From the NCBI RefSeq assembly GCF_963921235.1, contig NC_086101.1, positions 8,620,001 to 8,684,000 of the forward strand: a stretch of DNA of 64,000 bases, written 5' to 3'. The notes under the pieces were generated by a model. It made no database searches. It was not told the DNA's origin and saw only the letters and a program-made list of their open reading frames with translations. The position numbers and the translations under genes are program-made. The stretch is from Mobula hypostoma. Its lineage: Eukaryota. Positions 27,301-42,300 of this stretch are shown one piece after another. Position 1 is the first letter of the stretch. Each line of letters opens with the position of its first letter.

Positions 27301-30300
27301 CTGAAATTCCTAACGAAATATAGCCACTAGCATGCCTTCTTTGTGTTTGCATTAATTGTTGGACTCAGGATTGATCTAACACAAGTTTCCATCAGGACTT
27401 GGTCGTTAACCATATAAATAGGTAAATTGGTTTAATATTGTCACGAGCTGAAGTACAGTGAGAAACTTCTTCTCAAAGCCGTCTATATGGATCAGTTCAT
27501 CCCATCAGTGCATCGAGGTAGTACAATGAAAAACCAGTAACAGAATGCAGAATACTGTTCCAGTTACAGAGAAAGTGCACTGCAGGGAAACAATAAGGTG
27601 CTAGGACAATGTGAGGTAGATTCTGAGGTCTATATTCATCCAGATAACTCTTAAATGTTGTCATGCTATCCGCTTCCACTCACGCAGTTTGATTCAGATT
27701 CAAACCACCGTTAGCAGTAGGGAAAAGCCTCCTGCAGGTCTGTTGAGGTCACACGCTGGCCGGACTGGGGTTGTGTACAGGACAGGCTGGAGTTATAGTC
27801 ATACTCCTCCCTCTGAGTGAATCTGTTGCCCCTCAATCCCTTTTTAAATCCTTCCTTGCTCACCTTAAACCTTTGCCCTGTTTGTTTGTTTTTTTCCCTG
27901 GGATAAAGACTGTGCATTCACCCAATCTATGCCCCTATGATTTTATACACTTCTCTAAGGTTATCCTTCAGTCTCCTGCACTCCAAGGAAAGCAAGATTC
28001 TCAAGTGAAGACTCTTCAGCTGACAATCTACCTTGTTATGATAATGCACCTTGTTTACCTGCATTGCCCTTTCTCAGTATCTGCTACACTTTACTCTGCA
28101 TTGTTATTGTTTTATCATGTTCTACCTCAATACGTTGTGTAAAGATTTGTTCCGTAGGAACAGCATGCAAGACGAGCTTTTCACTGTACCTCAGTACTTG
28201 TAACATGAAAAGAAAACTCTAAGTCCCAGGCTATCCAACCTCCATAACTCAAGCCTTCATATTCTGGAGGATCATTGTAAAGGTGGCACCTTAGCATAAC
28301 GGTTAACCCAGTGTTATACAGTGCCAGCAATCGGGGTCAATTCACACCACTGTCTGTAAGGAGTTTCTACATTTTTCCCATCACCATGTGGGCTTCCCCC
28401 AGGAGCTTCTGTTTCCTCCCACATTCCAAAGACGTATGGGTGAGGGTTATTGAGTTCTGGGCATGCTTTGTAGGTGCCAGAAGCATGGCAACACTTGCAA
28501 GGTGCTCCTAACACATCCTTGGATTGTTTGTTATTGACCCAATCAACGCATTTGATTGTACGTCTCAATCTACATGTGACAAATAAAGCTAATCTTTAAA
28601 TCTTCTCTGAACTCTTTCCACCATTATAATCTTTCAGTATCTCCAGCCCTCCATCCAGTCATTCACCTACTTCTGTCTCCATTTTCCAGCTTCCCACCCC
28701 TCTCTGCAATCTCCCAATATCACCTTCCACCTCGACAGTCTTCCACTTCATCGATCTCTCTCTCCCCCCCCCAGTCTTCCACTAGTCTCTGGCTGTCTCT
28801 CTATTCTTCCACTACATTGATCTCCCTCTCTCTCTCTCTCTCTCCAATCTTCCACTAGTCTCCATCTGTCTGTCTGTCTCTCTCATCTTTCACTACCATT
28901 ATCTCTCTCTCTCCAGTTGTCCATTGTCTCCCTCCCTCTGCAATCACTGAGGCTCCAGCTTTACTGCCCCACCCTGTTGTTAATCGTTCTCACCCTTGGG
29001 CTATGGAAGTGCTCGGTGTACAGTTCTGGGGTGGGATGACCAATCCTGTGTCTTGTGACGGGGGTTGAATGGAAAAGGTGGGGCAATGTCACCAAACCAT
29101 TGCTATTCCATAGCACCATGTTTCTCCATGCCAATAATTGGGTGTCTCCCCATTGCAGGACTGCAAGCCACACTCTGATTACAGGCCTTCGGAAGGTAAG
29201 TTGTTGCCCAGCCTCCCTCTGCTTATTTATTTTTTTGCTTCATGTGCAAGGTCTTCTCCGGCTGTGAATCAGGAGAAAGCTTTGGGTCACGTGCCGCTGT
29301 TCTGCTCTGGGATCTTGCTGTGTAACAAGTTACCCGTTGTCCAGCCCTCACTGGGATCTTGCTATCCTTGTGTGCTTCCTGCTCTGGGATCTTGCTGTGC
29401 TGTGAGTTACCCACTGTTCTTCCCGCTCTGGGATCTTGCTGTGCGGCGTCACCCCTGAACGTCCTACTGTGGGATCTCGCTGTGCTGTGAGTTACCCACT
29501 GTCCTACCGCTCTGGAACCTGGCTATGGAATACTGCTGTGCTTCAGCCCCTGCCATTTCCTCCGCTCTGCACCACAGATTGTCCTTTCCTCTGGATCTTG
29601 CCATGCAGTGTTGGCTGTATTGTTTTGCTCCCATTTGGGATCCTGCCGACGATGCCAAAATGTTTCATGGAAAGAATAGGTTCTCAGACCCAACTTGATG
29701 AGGCAGAGAGACAGCAACCCACCAATATTTACTTAGAACAACAAAACAGCATTTATTTGGACAGAACAGAGCTGGCATTTAAAATGCACATCTAGGCATG
29801 CACAGGCCCCTCTCACAGCAGAACACCTCACACTCACACAGTAGTTCAAAACCCTGTCTTATCCGGGATCTTGCTGTGCAGTAGTTCACACTCTGTTCCT
29901 CAGCGAAACCTTGCATTGAATTTCACACCAAGTCCACTCCCTGCTTCTGGGGTATGTCCCTACCGCTGGGAACCAGCTACTCAGCAGGCCACATCCTGGG
30001 CACCCAGAGCACCAGGATACCTGCTGTCAGATCAACCCCCTGGGATACTGCTGCACATCAGGCCACACACCATCCCTGCTGCCCGTCACGCCACATCCCC
30101 AGATCTACTGGGGCAGTAAGTTACCCACCATCCTAACTCTCCCAGGAACTTGCTTTTCATTGGTAAACAGGTTCCCTCTCCCCACTCCCACTGGATGAAT
30201 CCGTCCAGTCTGTCACATGCTGTCCCTACCTCTTCTGGAATCTTTCTGTGCATTATTCCATCCTGCCCCAAGGATCTTGCTGACCAAATTTTCACACCCT

Positions 30301-33300
30301 GTGGGACCTTGCTGCATAGCTCACACTGTCCCTGCACCAGTTCCCTCTCCAAGACTTCACCGTGCAGCAGTTCAAATCCTGGGATCATGCTGTGCACCCT
30401 ACTTCCCCATGTGATCTTGTTTTGTATTTCACACCCAGTCCACCTACCCTCTTCTGAAATCTCACGTTGCCCTTACCCCTCTGGGATCTTGCTGTGCCAT
30501 GGATCACACCCATTACGCTCTGGGGATCTTGCTGTTGGAGCTCCCCCATTGGGTCCACATCATTGACTCACCCTCTCCGTTACAGGTGGGACAGATGAAG
30601 CCAATCACACCAGACAGCAGTTCACTCTCCCTACCCCAGCGGGCAGTCAGCCTCCACACAGGACGGACCCATACAAAGGAGGTAAGCATGATGATCAGCA
30701 GCCAGAGCCCAGGCACAAAGCAGGGATGTGGGGCAGAACTGTCCCTCCCCAGAGTTCAGGGGTCTGCCTGGGCCCGGCAGGACAGAACGTTGCAGGAAGA
30801 GGAGCTGCTGCTCTTCCCTCTGGGACTGAAGAGTATAGATCATGAATGACACACCCCCACCCTCAGGTCAGGCTACCCCACAGCCTCCAGCAACCGCAGT
30901 GCCTCACTGACCCCTCTCTCCTCAAGAGGACCAGAACACAAAGGCAAGGATGTAATGCGGAGGCTTGATAAAGTATTGTTCAGAACACATTTTGCTTATT
31001 GTGAGCAGTTTTGGGCCCCATATCCAGGCAACGGAGAGGAGATTCGGTAACAAAAATGTTAACTATGAGGAGGGTTGGATGTCTCTGTGCCTTTACTTGC
31101 TGGAGTTTAGAAGAATGAAAAAGGCTTAGATAGAGTGGATGTGGAGGGGCTGCTTTCAATAGTTCAGCAGAAAGCACTGACTCAGAATAGAAGGATGCCT
31201 TCTTAGAACAGCGGCGAGGAGGAATTTCTTTAACCAGAGGGCGGTCAATCTGTGGAATTCATTGACACAGGCCGCTGTGGAGGCCAAGTCGTTGGGTGTC
31301 TTTAAAGCAGAGTTTGACAGACGAATAAACTCTCCTCGGGCTTCCATCTGGGTACAGGTATCGATTATAACCAATATGAAGAAGATGGTAGAGCTTGTCC
31401 TTGAAATGTTGGTGGGGGTGTTTATTGATCCCGTACGCTGGGAAAGCACTAGATCCTTTTTCAGAAGTCTGTGGGTTCCTGGTTAGTAAAGGCATCAAAG
31501 GTTACAGAGGCAGGAGAGGAGTTGTACTGCGGCCAATCACCAAGTGAGAGCACTTAGATTCACACTCAAGATTAAAAAGGTGGCACTTCATGGCGGTTTT
31601 TTCAGAGTTGGACTTTGACCAGTCTCTGAGCAGGATTCATTAGGGAGGGTGAATAAAAATAAGGCAGGTGCAAGCGGAGTGGCCATTGTTCTGAGTGTGT
31701 CAGTGTTGCAGTGGCTTTGGCTCATCGGGCTTGAGCAAGTTAAGTATCTGGTATATTTCTCTTTTCCTTCTTGATTCCTCATTCCTTGTCTGTTGGGGGA
31801 TATCTGTGCATTTAGAATGGCTCCGAGAGCGGGGTTTTGTTCTGTGTGAGAGTTCTGGGAACTCTTGGAGACCAGCTGCAGCTCCTCAGGGAACGTTCTA
31901 AGGAACTGGAGCTGCAGCTTGATGACCTACCGCTCATACGGGAGAATGAGGAGGTGATAGACAGGAACTACAGGGAAGTAGTCACCCCTGGTTTTCAGGA
32001 AGCAGGTAATTGGGTGACTGATAGAAGGAAGGGAAATGGGAATCCGGTGCATAGTACCCCCGTGGCCATTCCCCTCAATAATATGCATACCACCTTGGAT
32101 GCCATTGAGGAGGGCGACCTGCCATAGGGAGCCACAGCAACTGGGCCTCGGGCAATGAGTGTGGTGTTGTGGCTCAGAAGAGAGGGGAGGAGGATTGCAG
32201 TGGTAAAAGGAGATTCCATCATCAGAGGAACAGAGACAAGATTCTGTGAGCACGATAGAGACACTCGGATGGTATGTTGCCAGAAGCAGGGATGTCTCAG
32301 ATTGGATCCATGGTATTCTGAAGGAGGAGGGTGAGCAGCCAGAAGTCTTGGTGCATAGTGGCACCAATGACCTAGTAGGAGAGGTAAGGAGGTCCTGAAG
32401 AGAGATTTTAGGGTGTTGGGGAGAATGGTGAAAAACAGAACCTCCAGGGTAGTAATCTCTGCATTAGTGTGGGCAAGAATAGGATGATTTGGCAGATGAC
32501 TGTCTGTCTAAAGAACTGGTACAGGGGGCAGGAGTTCAGAACTCTGGATCATTGGCATCTCTTCTGGGGAAGGTATGATCTGTACAAAAGAGATGGGTAC
32601 GCCTGAACTCAAGGGGGACCAATTTCCTTGCAGGGAGGTTTACTGGAGCTGTTTGATGGGGTGGGGGTGTGTGGTTTAAACTCATCTGGCAGCGTGATGG
32701 GAACCAGAGTTAGTTTACAAACAGAGGCTGTGTGTCGTGAGACTCCTAGCAAGGAGATGCTGATGATAAGGGGGAAATTGCAGACAACAGGATGAGTTGC
32801 AATGTAAAAGGTAGACAGAACTGAACAAGGTGAATACAAGGCTGAAGGTGTTATATTTGAATGTGCACAGTATACAGAATAAGTTAGATTAACTTGTAGC
32901 ACAGTTACAGATTGGCATGTGTGACATTGTGGATACCAGTGAATCATGGCGAAAAGAAGATTATAGCTGGGAGTTTAATGTCCAAGGATACACATTGTTT
33001 CGAAAGGGCAGGCAGGTGGGCAGAGGGAGAAGTGTGTCTCTATTGGTAAACAAATGAAATCAAACCAATTAAAAGTGGTGACATGGGGTCAGAAGGAGTT
33101 GAGTCATCATGGGTATAGCTAAGGAACTGCAAGGGTAAAAAGACCCTGTTGAGAGTTGTATACTGACCCCCAAATAGTTGTAAAGATGTGGTCTACAAAT
33201 TACAAAATGGAGACAGCAAATGCGTGTCAAAAGGGCAATGTGATGATAGTCATTGAATTGAATTGACTTTATTTCTTACATCCTTCACATACATGAGGAG

Positions 33301-36300
33301 TAAAATTCTTTACGTTATGTCTCCATCTAAATGGGCAATGTGCAATCATAGTAATTTATATTAAATAGAACAGTCATGCTCAGTCAGCATGAGTTCATCA
33401 GTCTGATGGCCTGGTGGAAGAAGCTGTCCCGGAGCCCGTTGGTCCTGGCTTTTATGTTGCAGTACTGCTTCCCGGATGGTTGCAGCTGGAATAAATTGTG
33501 GTTGGGATGGCTTGGCTCCCCATTAATCCTACAGGACCTTTTTACACACCTGCTGGATCCCAAGCCTAAGAGATGTTTTTTTAAAGCAGCTCGTGGTTAA
33601 GCAGACTAGGGGTTCAGCTATTCTGGATTGAGGGTTGTGCAATGAACCAGGATTGATTAGATAGCTTAAGGTTAAAAAAAATGCTTGGGATCCAGTGATC
33701 ATACTGTGATCGAATTCACCCTGAAATTTGAGAAGGAGAAGCTAAAGTCAGTTGTATCAGTACTACAGTGATGTAAAGGGAATTAGAGGAGGAGTTGGCC
33801 AATATTGATTGGAAAAATAACCCTGGCAGGGATGATGGCAGACCAGCAATGACTGGAATTTCTGGGAGCAATTTAGAAGGCGTAGGACATGTTCATCCCA
33901 AAGAAGATGAAGTATACTAAAGGAAAGATGCTGCAGCTGTGGCTGACAAGAGTCATAGTCATAGTCATACTTTATTGATCCCGAGGGAAATTGGTTGAGA
34001 AGTCAAAGAGAAGTACAAGAGACGCACAAGAGAAGTCAAAGTCAATGAGAGAGCATGTTCCACACTGTATCAATCAATCAATCAATCAATAGATAAATAG
34101 ATAAATCAATCCTCCCACAATCTGTTGCGCAATGTATCTCAATGAAGACATGAATACATCTCCTAGTGAGTGAGCGGTCCATTCAACAGAGGGATAGAAG
34201 TTGTCATTGAGACTAGTGGTGTGTCTTTTCAAGAGTAAAAAAAATAGATCTTCTGCCCACTGAGATAGGAGAGAAGAAAGGATTTTCCAGGGTGACTTTT
34301 TTGGTTGCTTTCTTGACGGCAGTAGAAAGTGTGGACGGGCAGTGGATAGTTTCTTTGTGCTGGGCCATGTCCGCAATTCTCCGCGGCTTCTTGTGATCAC
34401 AGGCAGAGTAGCTGCCTCATCAAGAGCTGATGCATCTGGATAGGATGCTTCCTATGATTAATCTGTAAATGTTTGGTGAGGGTCACGCCAAATTTCAAAC
34501 GTCCATACAGAGTGTGTGTCACTGGGAATGTCAAAGTGGTGGGAATTTGGAATTTCCCGTGGATCCAGCCCTGTGTACAAGGCTCCACGTGCTATGCAAT
34601 GAATTATGTCGCGTACCGGGAGGGATGGTGGAACCTGGAGAAATGTTTATGCATTGATCCTTTCGCAGTAACTTATTGTGGGCTAATGGGGTGGAAAGCA
34701 TCTGTTGCTCTAATTTCAGCACCCTGTTTCGTTCCGCAGATCCCACAAGAAAGCTGCCGATTGCTCATATTATAGGTAAGTAATCTGCATCACACCGGCT
34801 CTCCTCGTAGATCATGTCACAGTCTGTCTTCCGCCCCTCCACCACCCCACAGCCCATAACACACCCAGAACCCACATCCCGCTCTCCCTGCAGCCCACAT
34901 ACACCACAAACACCCTCACCTCACCTCTGGGCTCATGGAATTTCTAGGTGCAGGAGAAGGTGGATTCTGCAGGACTTTCCCACTCTGCCACGCACAGAAT
35001 TTTTGGCGTTTTGTGGTGGAGGGACAGTCCCCTAACAGAACACCACCCATTACATGGAAGTTTTAACGATTAAGGTTTTGGAGAGGGTGCAAATGGGGCT
35101 CACCAGAATACTGCTTGGATGAGGGAGAATGTTATGAGAGGTTGGACAAACTTGGGCTGTTGTTTTTTCCTGGAGCAGAAGAGGCTGAGGGGAGACCTGA
35201 TAAAAGTTTATAAGATTGAGAAGCATAGATAGGACAGACAGACAGTATCATTGTAATGCCTAATATGAGAGGGTATGAATTTAAGGTGAGAGGAGATGAG
35301 TTCAAAGGAGACGTGTTGGGAAAGTTTCTGATAGAAAGTGTTGTGTGTCTGGAATGTGCTGCCAGGGGTGTGGTAGAGGCAGGTATGATAGAGGAATTCA
35401 AAAGGATGTTAGATAGTCACATGAATCTGCATGGAATGAAAAGAAAAGGACATATTATAGGCAGAAGAAAGTAGAGTTCATCATCAAGGACCCCCAGTAT
35501 CCAGGTCGTGCTCTCTTCCCACTACTGCCTTCGGGCAGGAGGTACAGGGGTCTCGAGTCCCACCCCACCAGGTTCACAACAGTTATTACCCTACAACCAT
35601 CAGGCTCCTGAACCAGCGTGGATAACTTCACTCACCACAACACTAAACTAGTTTTACAGCCTACAGATTCACTTTCAAAGACCCAACAACTCCAGTTATT
35701 ACTCAGTATTATTTTTGTGTTTCTTTGAACTACTTATCTTTTGCACATTGGTTCTTTGTTTATTATATAGTTTGGTAAATTCTTTTTTAATTCTTTATTT
35801 TTCTGTAACTGTCTGCAATGAAATGAATCTCGGGGAAGTAAATGTTATCACTGGTAATAAACTTGACTTTGAAAAGAGATCAGTTTAATTGAACATTTGA
35901 TTGCAAATTCAGTTATTTAGAATAGGCTCTTCAGCCCAAGACGTTTTAACCTACTGTGAGATCAATCTAACCCTTCCCTCCCACATTGCTATCTATTTTT
36001 CTATCATCCAAGTGCCTATCTAAGAGTCTCTTAAATGCCTCTCCCACAACCTTGGAAGGGTGATTTTGGCACAAAATCAAGAACCACAGGGCATATTCCT
36101 GCGCTATTTTGTTCTACATTCCCAAACTAAGTGGGCATCATTCGCAAAGACTGACTTTTTTTTTGCCTCTTGAGAAGGTATTGCAGAGCTGCCTTCAGTT
36201 TCAGTCATACTTAATACCTGCTTGCGCACTGCAAGGGGGGCAGTTATGAGACAAATATGGGTGTGGAGTTAGACAAGGTCTGGATTAAAAATAGCAAAAT

Positions 36301-39300
36301 CTCCTTTCTCAAAGGCACGAGTGAACCAAATAATTTCTTAATAGCACTCAACTTGTTACTTGTAGGAGGGCTGTGAAAGCTTTAGAGAGGGTGCAGTGGA
36401 GATTTACCAGGATGCTGTCTGGATTAGAGAGCATGTTTTTGAAGATGGGTCAAGTTAGCTAGGACATTTCTCTTTGGAGTGAAGGAAGGTGACAGATGAC
36501 TTGATGGAGATTTGTGGCACAGACAGAGTGGACAGCCAGTGCCTTTTAACCCGAAGTGAAAATGGCTAATACGAGGGGGCAGAATTTTAAGCTGTTTGGA
36601 GGAAAGAATTGCGGGATGTCAGACAGTTTATTTTTTAAAAGAGAGATTATTTGTCACATGCACATTGAAACATACAGTGAAATGTGTCACTTGTATCAAA
36701 TCAAATCAGCCAGGATTGTTCTGGGCAGAGCTCATTTATCCCCACACTTCCAGCACCCACGATGCACTGACCCTGACCGTATGTTTTCAGAATGTGAAAG
36801 GAAACTTAAGAGCACACAGAGGAAACCCACACAGCCACGGGGAGAATATACAAACTCCTTACAGACACTCATGGGAATCAAACCCTGATCTTAAAGCACT
36901 GCTCTAACTGCTACACTTCTGTGTGTCTCTCTGTTTTACACAGAAAGTGGTACATGCATGAAACATGCTACCAAAGGTGGTGATAGTCAGATACATTAGG
37001 GACATTTAAGAGCCTTTTAGATTGGTACATGGAGGAAAGAAAAACTGAGGGCTCCAGAGGAGAGAATGTGACAGGGTGGGGCTACATCTCTACCAAAGGA
37101 GATGGAAAGCATTCCTTTTCTCCGCTAGCCTGCAGGTGACCCTTGAGTAAGGGTCACCTGCTTAACCCCTCCCCATCGATTGGGTCAAGTGAAGCCATGG
37201 GAGCAGGTATGAGCAGCTGGTGCAGATCATAAATTCTGGTTATGCCACCACAGACAATCTCTGAAGGGTATTGATAATGGCTGGGGTCACCCATTTTTGT
37301 AAAGGCACTGCCAACAAGAAGGCAATGGTAACACTAATGTTGAAAAGTTTGCCAAGAATAATCATGATCATGGAAAGACCATGATCACCTACACAGGGGA
37401 GGGAAGGGTTAGATTGGTCTTGGATTAGGCTAAAGGGTCAACCCAAATTGTGAGCTGAAGGCCTTGTACTGTACTGTACTATGTTCTACTTATAATAAAC
37501 TTAAAAATTCAAAATATTTTACAGGTGATAGATCCTCCCAGCTTATACAGAGCTATACATACACAGGGTGGCCACTTTTATAGGTGCACCTGTACACCTG
37601 TTTGTTAATGCAAATATCTAATCAGCCAATCCTCTGCCTGCAACTCTGCATAAAAGCATGCAGACAAGGTCGACAGGATCAGTTATTGTTCAGACCAGAC
37701 ATTGGAATGGGGAAGGAATGGGATCTAAGTGACTTTGACCATGGAAATGATTATTGGTGCCAGATGGAATGTTTGAAGTATTTCAAAAACTACTGATCTC
37801 CTGGGATTTTCATGCACAACAGTCTGTAGAGTTTGCATAGAATGGTGGCAAACACAAAAACATCTAGTGAGTGGTAGTTATGTGGATAATGAGAGAGGTC
37901 GGAGGAGAATGGTCAGATTGGTTCAGGCTGACAGGAAGGTGTCAGTAACTGAAATAACCACTTGTAATAACAGTGGTGTGCAGAATGAATGAATGTACAG
38001 TGCATCAAGCCTTGACGTGGATAGACTGCAGCAGCAAAAGGCCACAAACACATACTGAGTGGTGACTTTATTAGGTACAGGAGGTGGCCACTGAATGTAT
38101 ATAGTCATTCAAAACAGAAACAGGCCCTTCTGCCCAACTCAACCATACTGACCAAGGTGCCCATCTGGGCTAGTCCTTCTAGGGTCGGAGTTCCAACTGG
38201 GCTGTTGAGGAGTGTGTTTGTGGGTTCAGTAACCATGCAGCTCTCTCATCTTTTACTCATGTCCATCTACCTGTCCAAGTTTAAACATTGACACGTGCAG
38301 GCAGCCCCCAGTACATCCTCAGGTGTGTTGGTTGTTAACACATTCAACACATTTCATTGTATGTTATGATAAGTAAACGTGAATCGTGCCTGCCTGCATT
38401 GCACTTTCTTTGTAACACCTTATTCTGCATTCTGTTATTGTTTAACCTCGTACTACCTTAATGCAAAGTTATACTGAATTGATCAGTATGGATGGCATGC
38501 AAGGCATGATCTTAGTACATGTGGGAGGGGAAAGATCTGGTTTATTGTGGTCAATGTGGCTACAAACAACGTAGGAAGAACAAGGAAGTAGATTTTGCTG
38601 ATTGAGTTCGAGCTGCTAGGGAATAATTTAAAATGCCCAACTGAAAAGGTAGTAATCTCTGTATTGTTACATTAACCACATACAAATTGGCCCAGGATTT
38701 AAAAGATCAGCGAGCCAACTGTGCTGCACAAAGGTTCAAATTTGAAAGTAAATCTATCATCAAAGTACATATATATCATATACACCCAGGCGTTGACAGT
38801 AAATACAACAGAGTCAATGAAAATTCACACATGAGAGGGACAAACAATGTGCATACTGTGCAAATACAAACATAAATAATAAATATATAAGAACTAAATC
38901 AAAGTTCAAAGTAAAATTTATTATCAGTGTAAACTTTGAATTTCCTTATCCTGCAGGCATACTTAGCAAATCTATAGAACAGTAACTGTAAACAGGATCA
39001 ATGAACAACAAACAGTACAGATATAAATAAATAGCAATAAATAACAAAAGCATGAAACAACAAGATAAAGAATCCTTAAAGTGAGATCATCAGTTGTGGG
39101 AATACCAGAAATGGAATGGGTATGGTTATCCCCTTTTGTTCAAGAGCCTGATGGTTGAAGGGTAGTAACTGTTCTTTAACCCGGTGGTGTGAGTCCTGAG
39201 GCACTTGTGCCTTCTACCTGATGGCAGCAACGAGAAAAGAGCATGCCCTGGGTGGTGAGGATCTTTGATGTCTGCTGCTTTTCTACAACACTTCATGCAG

Positions 39301-42300
39301 ATGTGCTCAATGGTTGAGGGGGATGTTGCTTTGCCTGTGATTTACTGGAGCAAATCCACTAACTTTTGTGGGATTTCCTGTTCAAAGGCATTAAGGTATT
39401 GGTTTTCCCATACCAGGCCATAATGCAACCAGTCAATGCACCTTCCACCAAACATCTATAGATGTTTATCAAGACTTTCGATGACATGCTGAATCTCCAC
39501 AGACTCCTGAGGAAGTAATGGTGCTGCAATTCTTTCTTGGCAATTATATTTATATGATAGGACAGGGTCCAGGACAGATTCTCTGAGATAGTGCCATCCA
39601 GGAATTTAAACTTACTGGCCCTCTCCTCCTCTGATCTTCCAATGAAGATGGACCTCTGGTTTCCCTCTCCTGAAGTTTACAATCAGAAGTCTACAAAGAT
39701 TGAGAACATTGGAAGGACAAACCAAGGTAGAACATACAGGGTTAATGGTAAGGCACTGAGGAGTGCAGTGGAACAGAGGGATCTGGGAATACAGATACAA
39801 AATTCCCTAAAAGTGTCGTCACAGGTAGATAGGGTCGTAAAGAGAGCTTTTGGTACATTGGCCTTTATTAATCGAAGTATTGCGTATAAGAGCTGGAAAG
39901 TTATGATGAGGTTGTATAAGGCATTGGTGAGGCCGAATCTGGAGTATTGTGTTCAGTTTTGGTCACCAAATTACAGGAAGGATATAAATAAGGTTGAAAG
40001 AGTGCAGAGAAGGTTTACAAGGATGTTGCCGGGACTTGAGAAACTCAGTTACAGAGAAACATAGAAACATAGAAAATAGGTGCAGGAGTAGGCCATTCGG
40101 CCCTTCGAGCCTGCACCGCCATTTATTATGATCATGGCTGATCATCCAACTCAGAACCCAGCCTTCCCTCCATACCCCCTGACCCCTGTAGCCACAAGGG
40201 CCATATCTAACTTCCTTTTAAACATAGCTAACGAACTGGCCTCAACAGTTTGCTGTGGCAGAGAATTCCACAGATTCACCACTCTCTGTGTGAAGAAGTT
40301 TTTCCTAATCTCGGTCCTAAAAGGCTTCCCCTCTATCCTCAAATTGTGACCCCTCGTTCTGGACCTCCCCAACATCGGGAACAATCTTCCCGCATCTAGC
40401 CTGTCCAATCCCTTTAGGATCTTATACGTTTCAATCAGATCCCCCCTCAATCTTCTAAATTCCAACGAGTACAAGCCCAGTTCATCCAGTCTTTCTTCAT
40501 ATGAAAGACCTGCCATCCCAGGAATCAATCTGGTGAACCTTCTTTGTACTCCCTCTATGGCAAAGATGTCTTTCCTCAGATTAGGGGACCAAAACTGCAC
40601 ACAATACTCCAGGTGTGGTCTCACCAAGGCCTTGTACAACTGCGGTAGTACCTCCCTGCTCCTGTACTCGAATCCTCTCGCTATAAATGCCAGCATACCG
40701 TTCGCCTTTTTCACCGCCTGCTGTACCTGCATGCCCACTTTCAATGACTGGTGTATAATGACACCCAGGTCTCGTTGCACCTCCCCTTTTCCTAATCGGC
40801 CACCATTCAGATAATAATCTGTTTTCCTATTTTTGCCACCAAAGTGGATAACTTCACATTTATCCACATTAAATTGCATCTGCCATGAGTTTGCCCACTC
40901 ACCCAACCTATCCAAGTCACCCTACATCCTCTTAGCATCCTCCTCACTGCTAACACTGCCACCCAGCTTCGTGTCATCCGCAAACTTGGAGATGCTGCAT
41001 TTAATTCCCTCATCCAAGTCATTAATATATATTGTAAACAACTGGGGTCCCAGCACTGAGCCTTGCGGTACCCCACTAGTCACCGCCTGCCATTCTGAAA
41101 AGGTCCCGTTTCTTCCCACTCTTTGCTTCCTGTCTGCTAACCAATTCTCCACCCACACCAATACCTTACCCCCAATACCGTGTGCTTTAAGTTTGCACAC
41201 TAATCTCCTGTGTGGGACCTTGTCAAAAGCCTTTTGAAAATCCAAATATACCACATCCACTGGTTCTCCCCTATCCACTCTACTAGTTACATCCTCAAAA
41301 AATTCTATGAGATTCGTCAAACATGATTTTCCTTTCACAAATCCATGCTGACTTTGTCCGATCATTTCACCGCTTTCCAAATGTGCTGTTATCACATCCT
41401 TGATAACTGACTCCAGCAGTTTCCCCACCACCGACGTTAGGCTAACCGGCCTATAATTCCCCGGTTTCTCTCTCCCTCCTTTTTTAAAAAGTGGGGTTAC
41501 ATTAGCCACCCTCCAATCCTCAGGAACTAGTCCAGAATCTAACGAGTTTTGAAAAATTATCACTAATGCATCCACTATTTCTTGGGCTACTTCCTTAAGC
41601 ACTCTGGGATGCAGACCATCTGGCCCTGGGGATTTATCTGCCTTCAATCCCTTCAATTTACCTAACACCACTTCCCTACTAACATGTATTTCGCTCAGTT
41701 CCTCCATCTCACTGGACCCTCTGTCCCTTACTATTTCTGGAAGATTATTTATGTCCTCCTTAGTGAAGACAGAACCAAAGTAATTATTCAATTGGTCTGC
41801 CATGTCCTTGCTCCCCATAATCAAGTCACCTGTTTCTGTTTGCAGGGGACCTACATTTGTCTTTATCAGTCTTTTCCTTTTTACATATCTATAAAAGCTT
41901 TTACAGTCCGTTTTTATGTTCTCTGCCAGTTTTCTCTCATAATCTTTTTTCCCCTTCCTAATTAAGCCCTTTGTCCTCCTCTGCTGAACTCTGAATTTCT
42001 CCCAGTCCTCAGGTGAGCCACTTTCTCTGGCTAATTTGTATGCTACTTCTTTGGAATTGATACTATCCCTAATTTCTCTTGTCAGCCACGGGTGCACTAC
42101 CTTCCTTGATTTATTCTTTTGCCAAACTGGGATGAACAATTGTTGTAGTTCATCCATGCAACCTTTAAATGCCTGCCATTGCATATCCACCGTCAATCCT
42201 TTAAGTGTCATTTGCCAGTCTATCTTAGCTAATTCACGACTCATACCTTCAAAGTTACCCCTCTTTAAGTTCAGAACCTTTGTTTCTGAATTAACTACGT

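Noticed and set aside
8253..34558. Scattered kB-consensus sites (8253, 16617, 26258, 26563, 34549)
   Set aside because: GGGRNNYYCC is expected roughly 15 times by chance in 64 kb on both strands at uniform base composition, so there is no evidence of enrichment.
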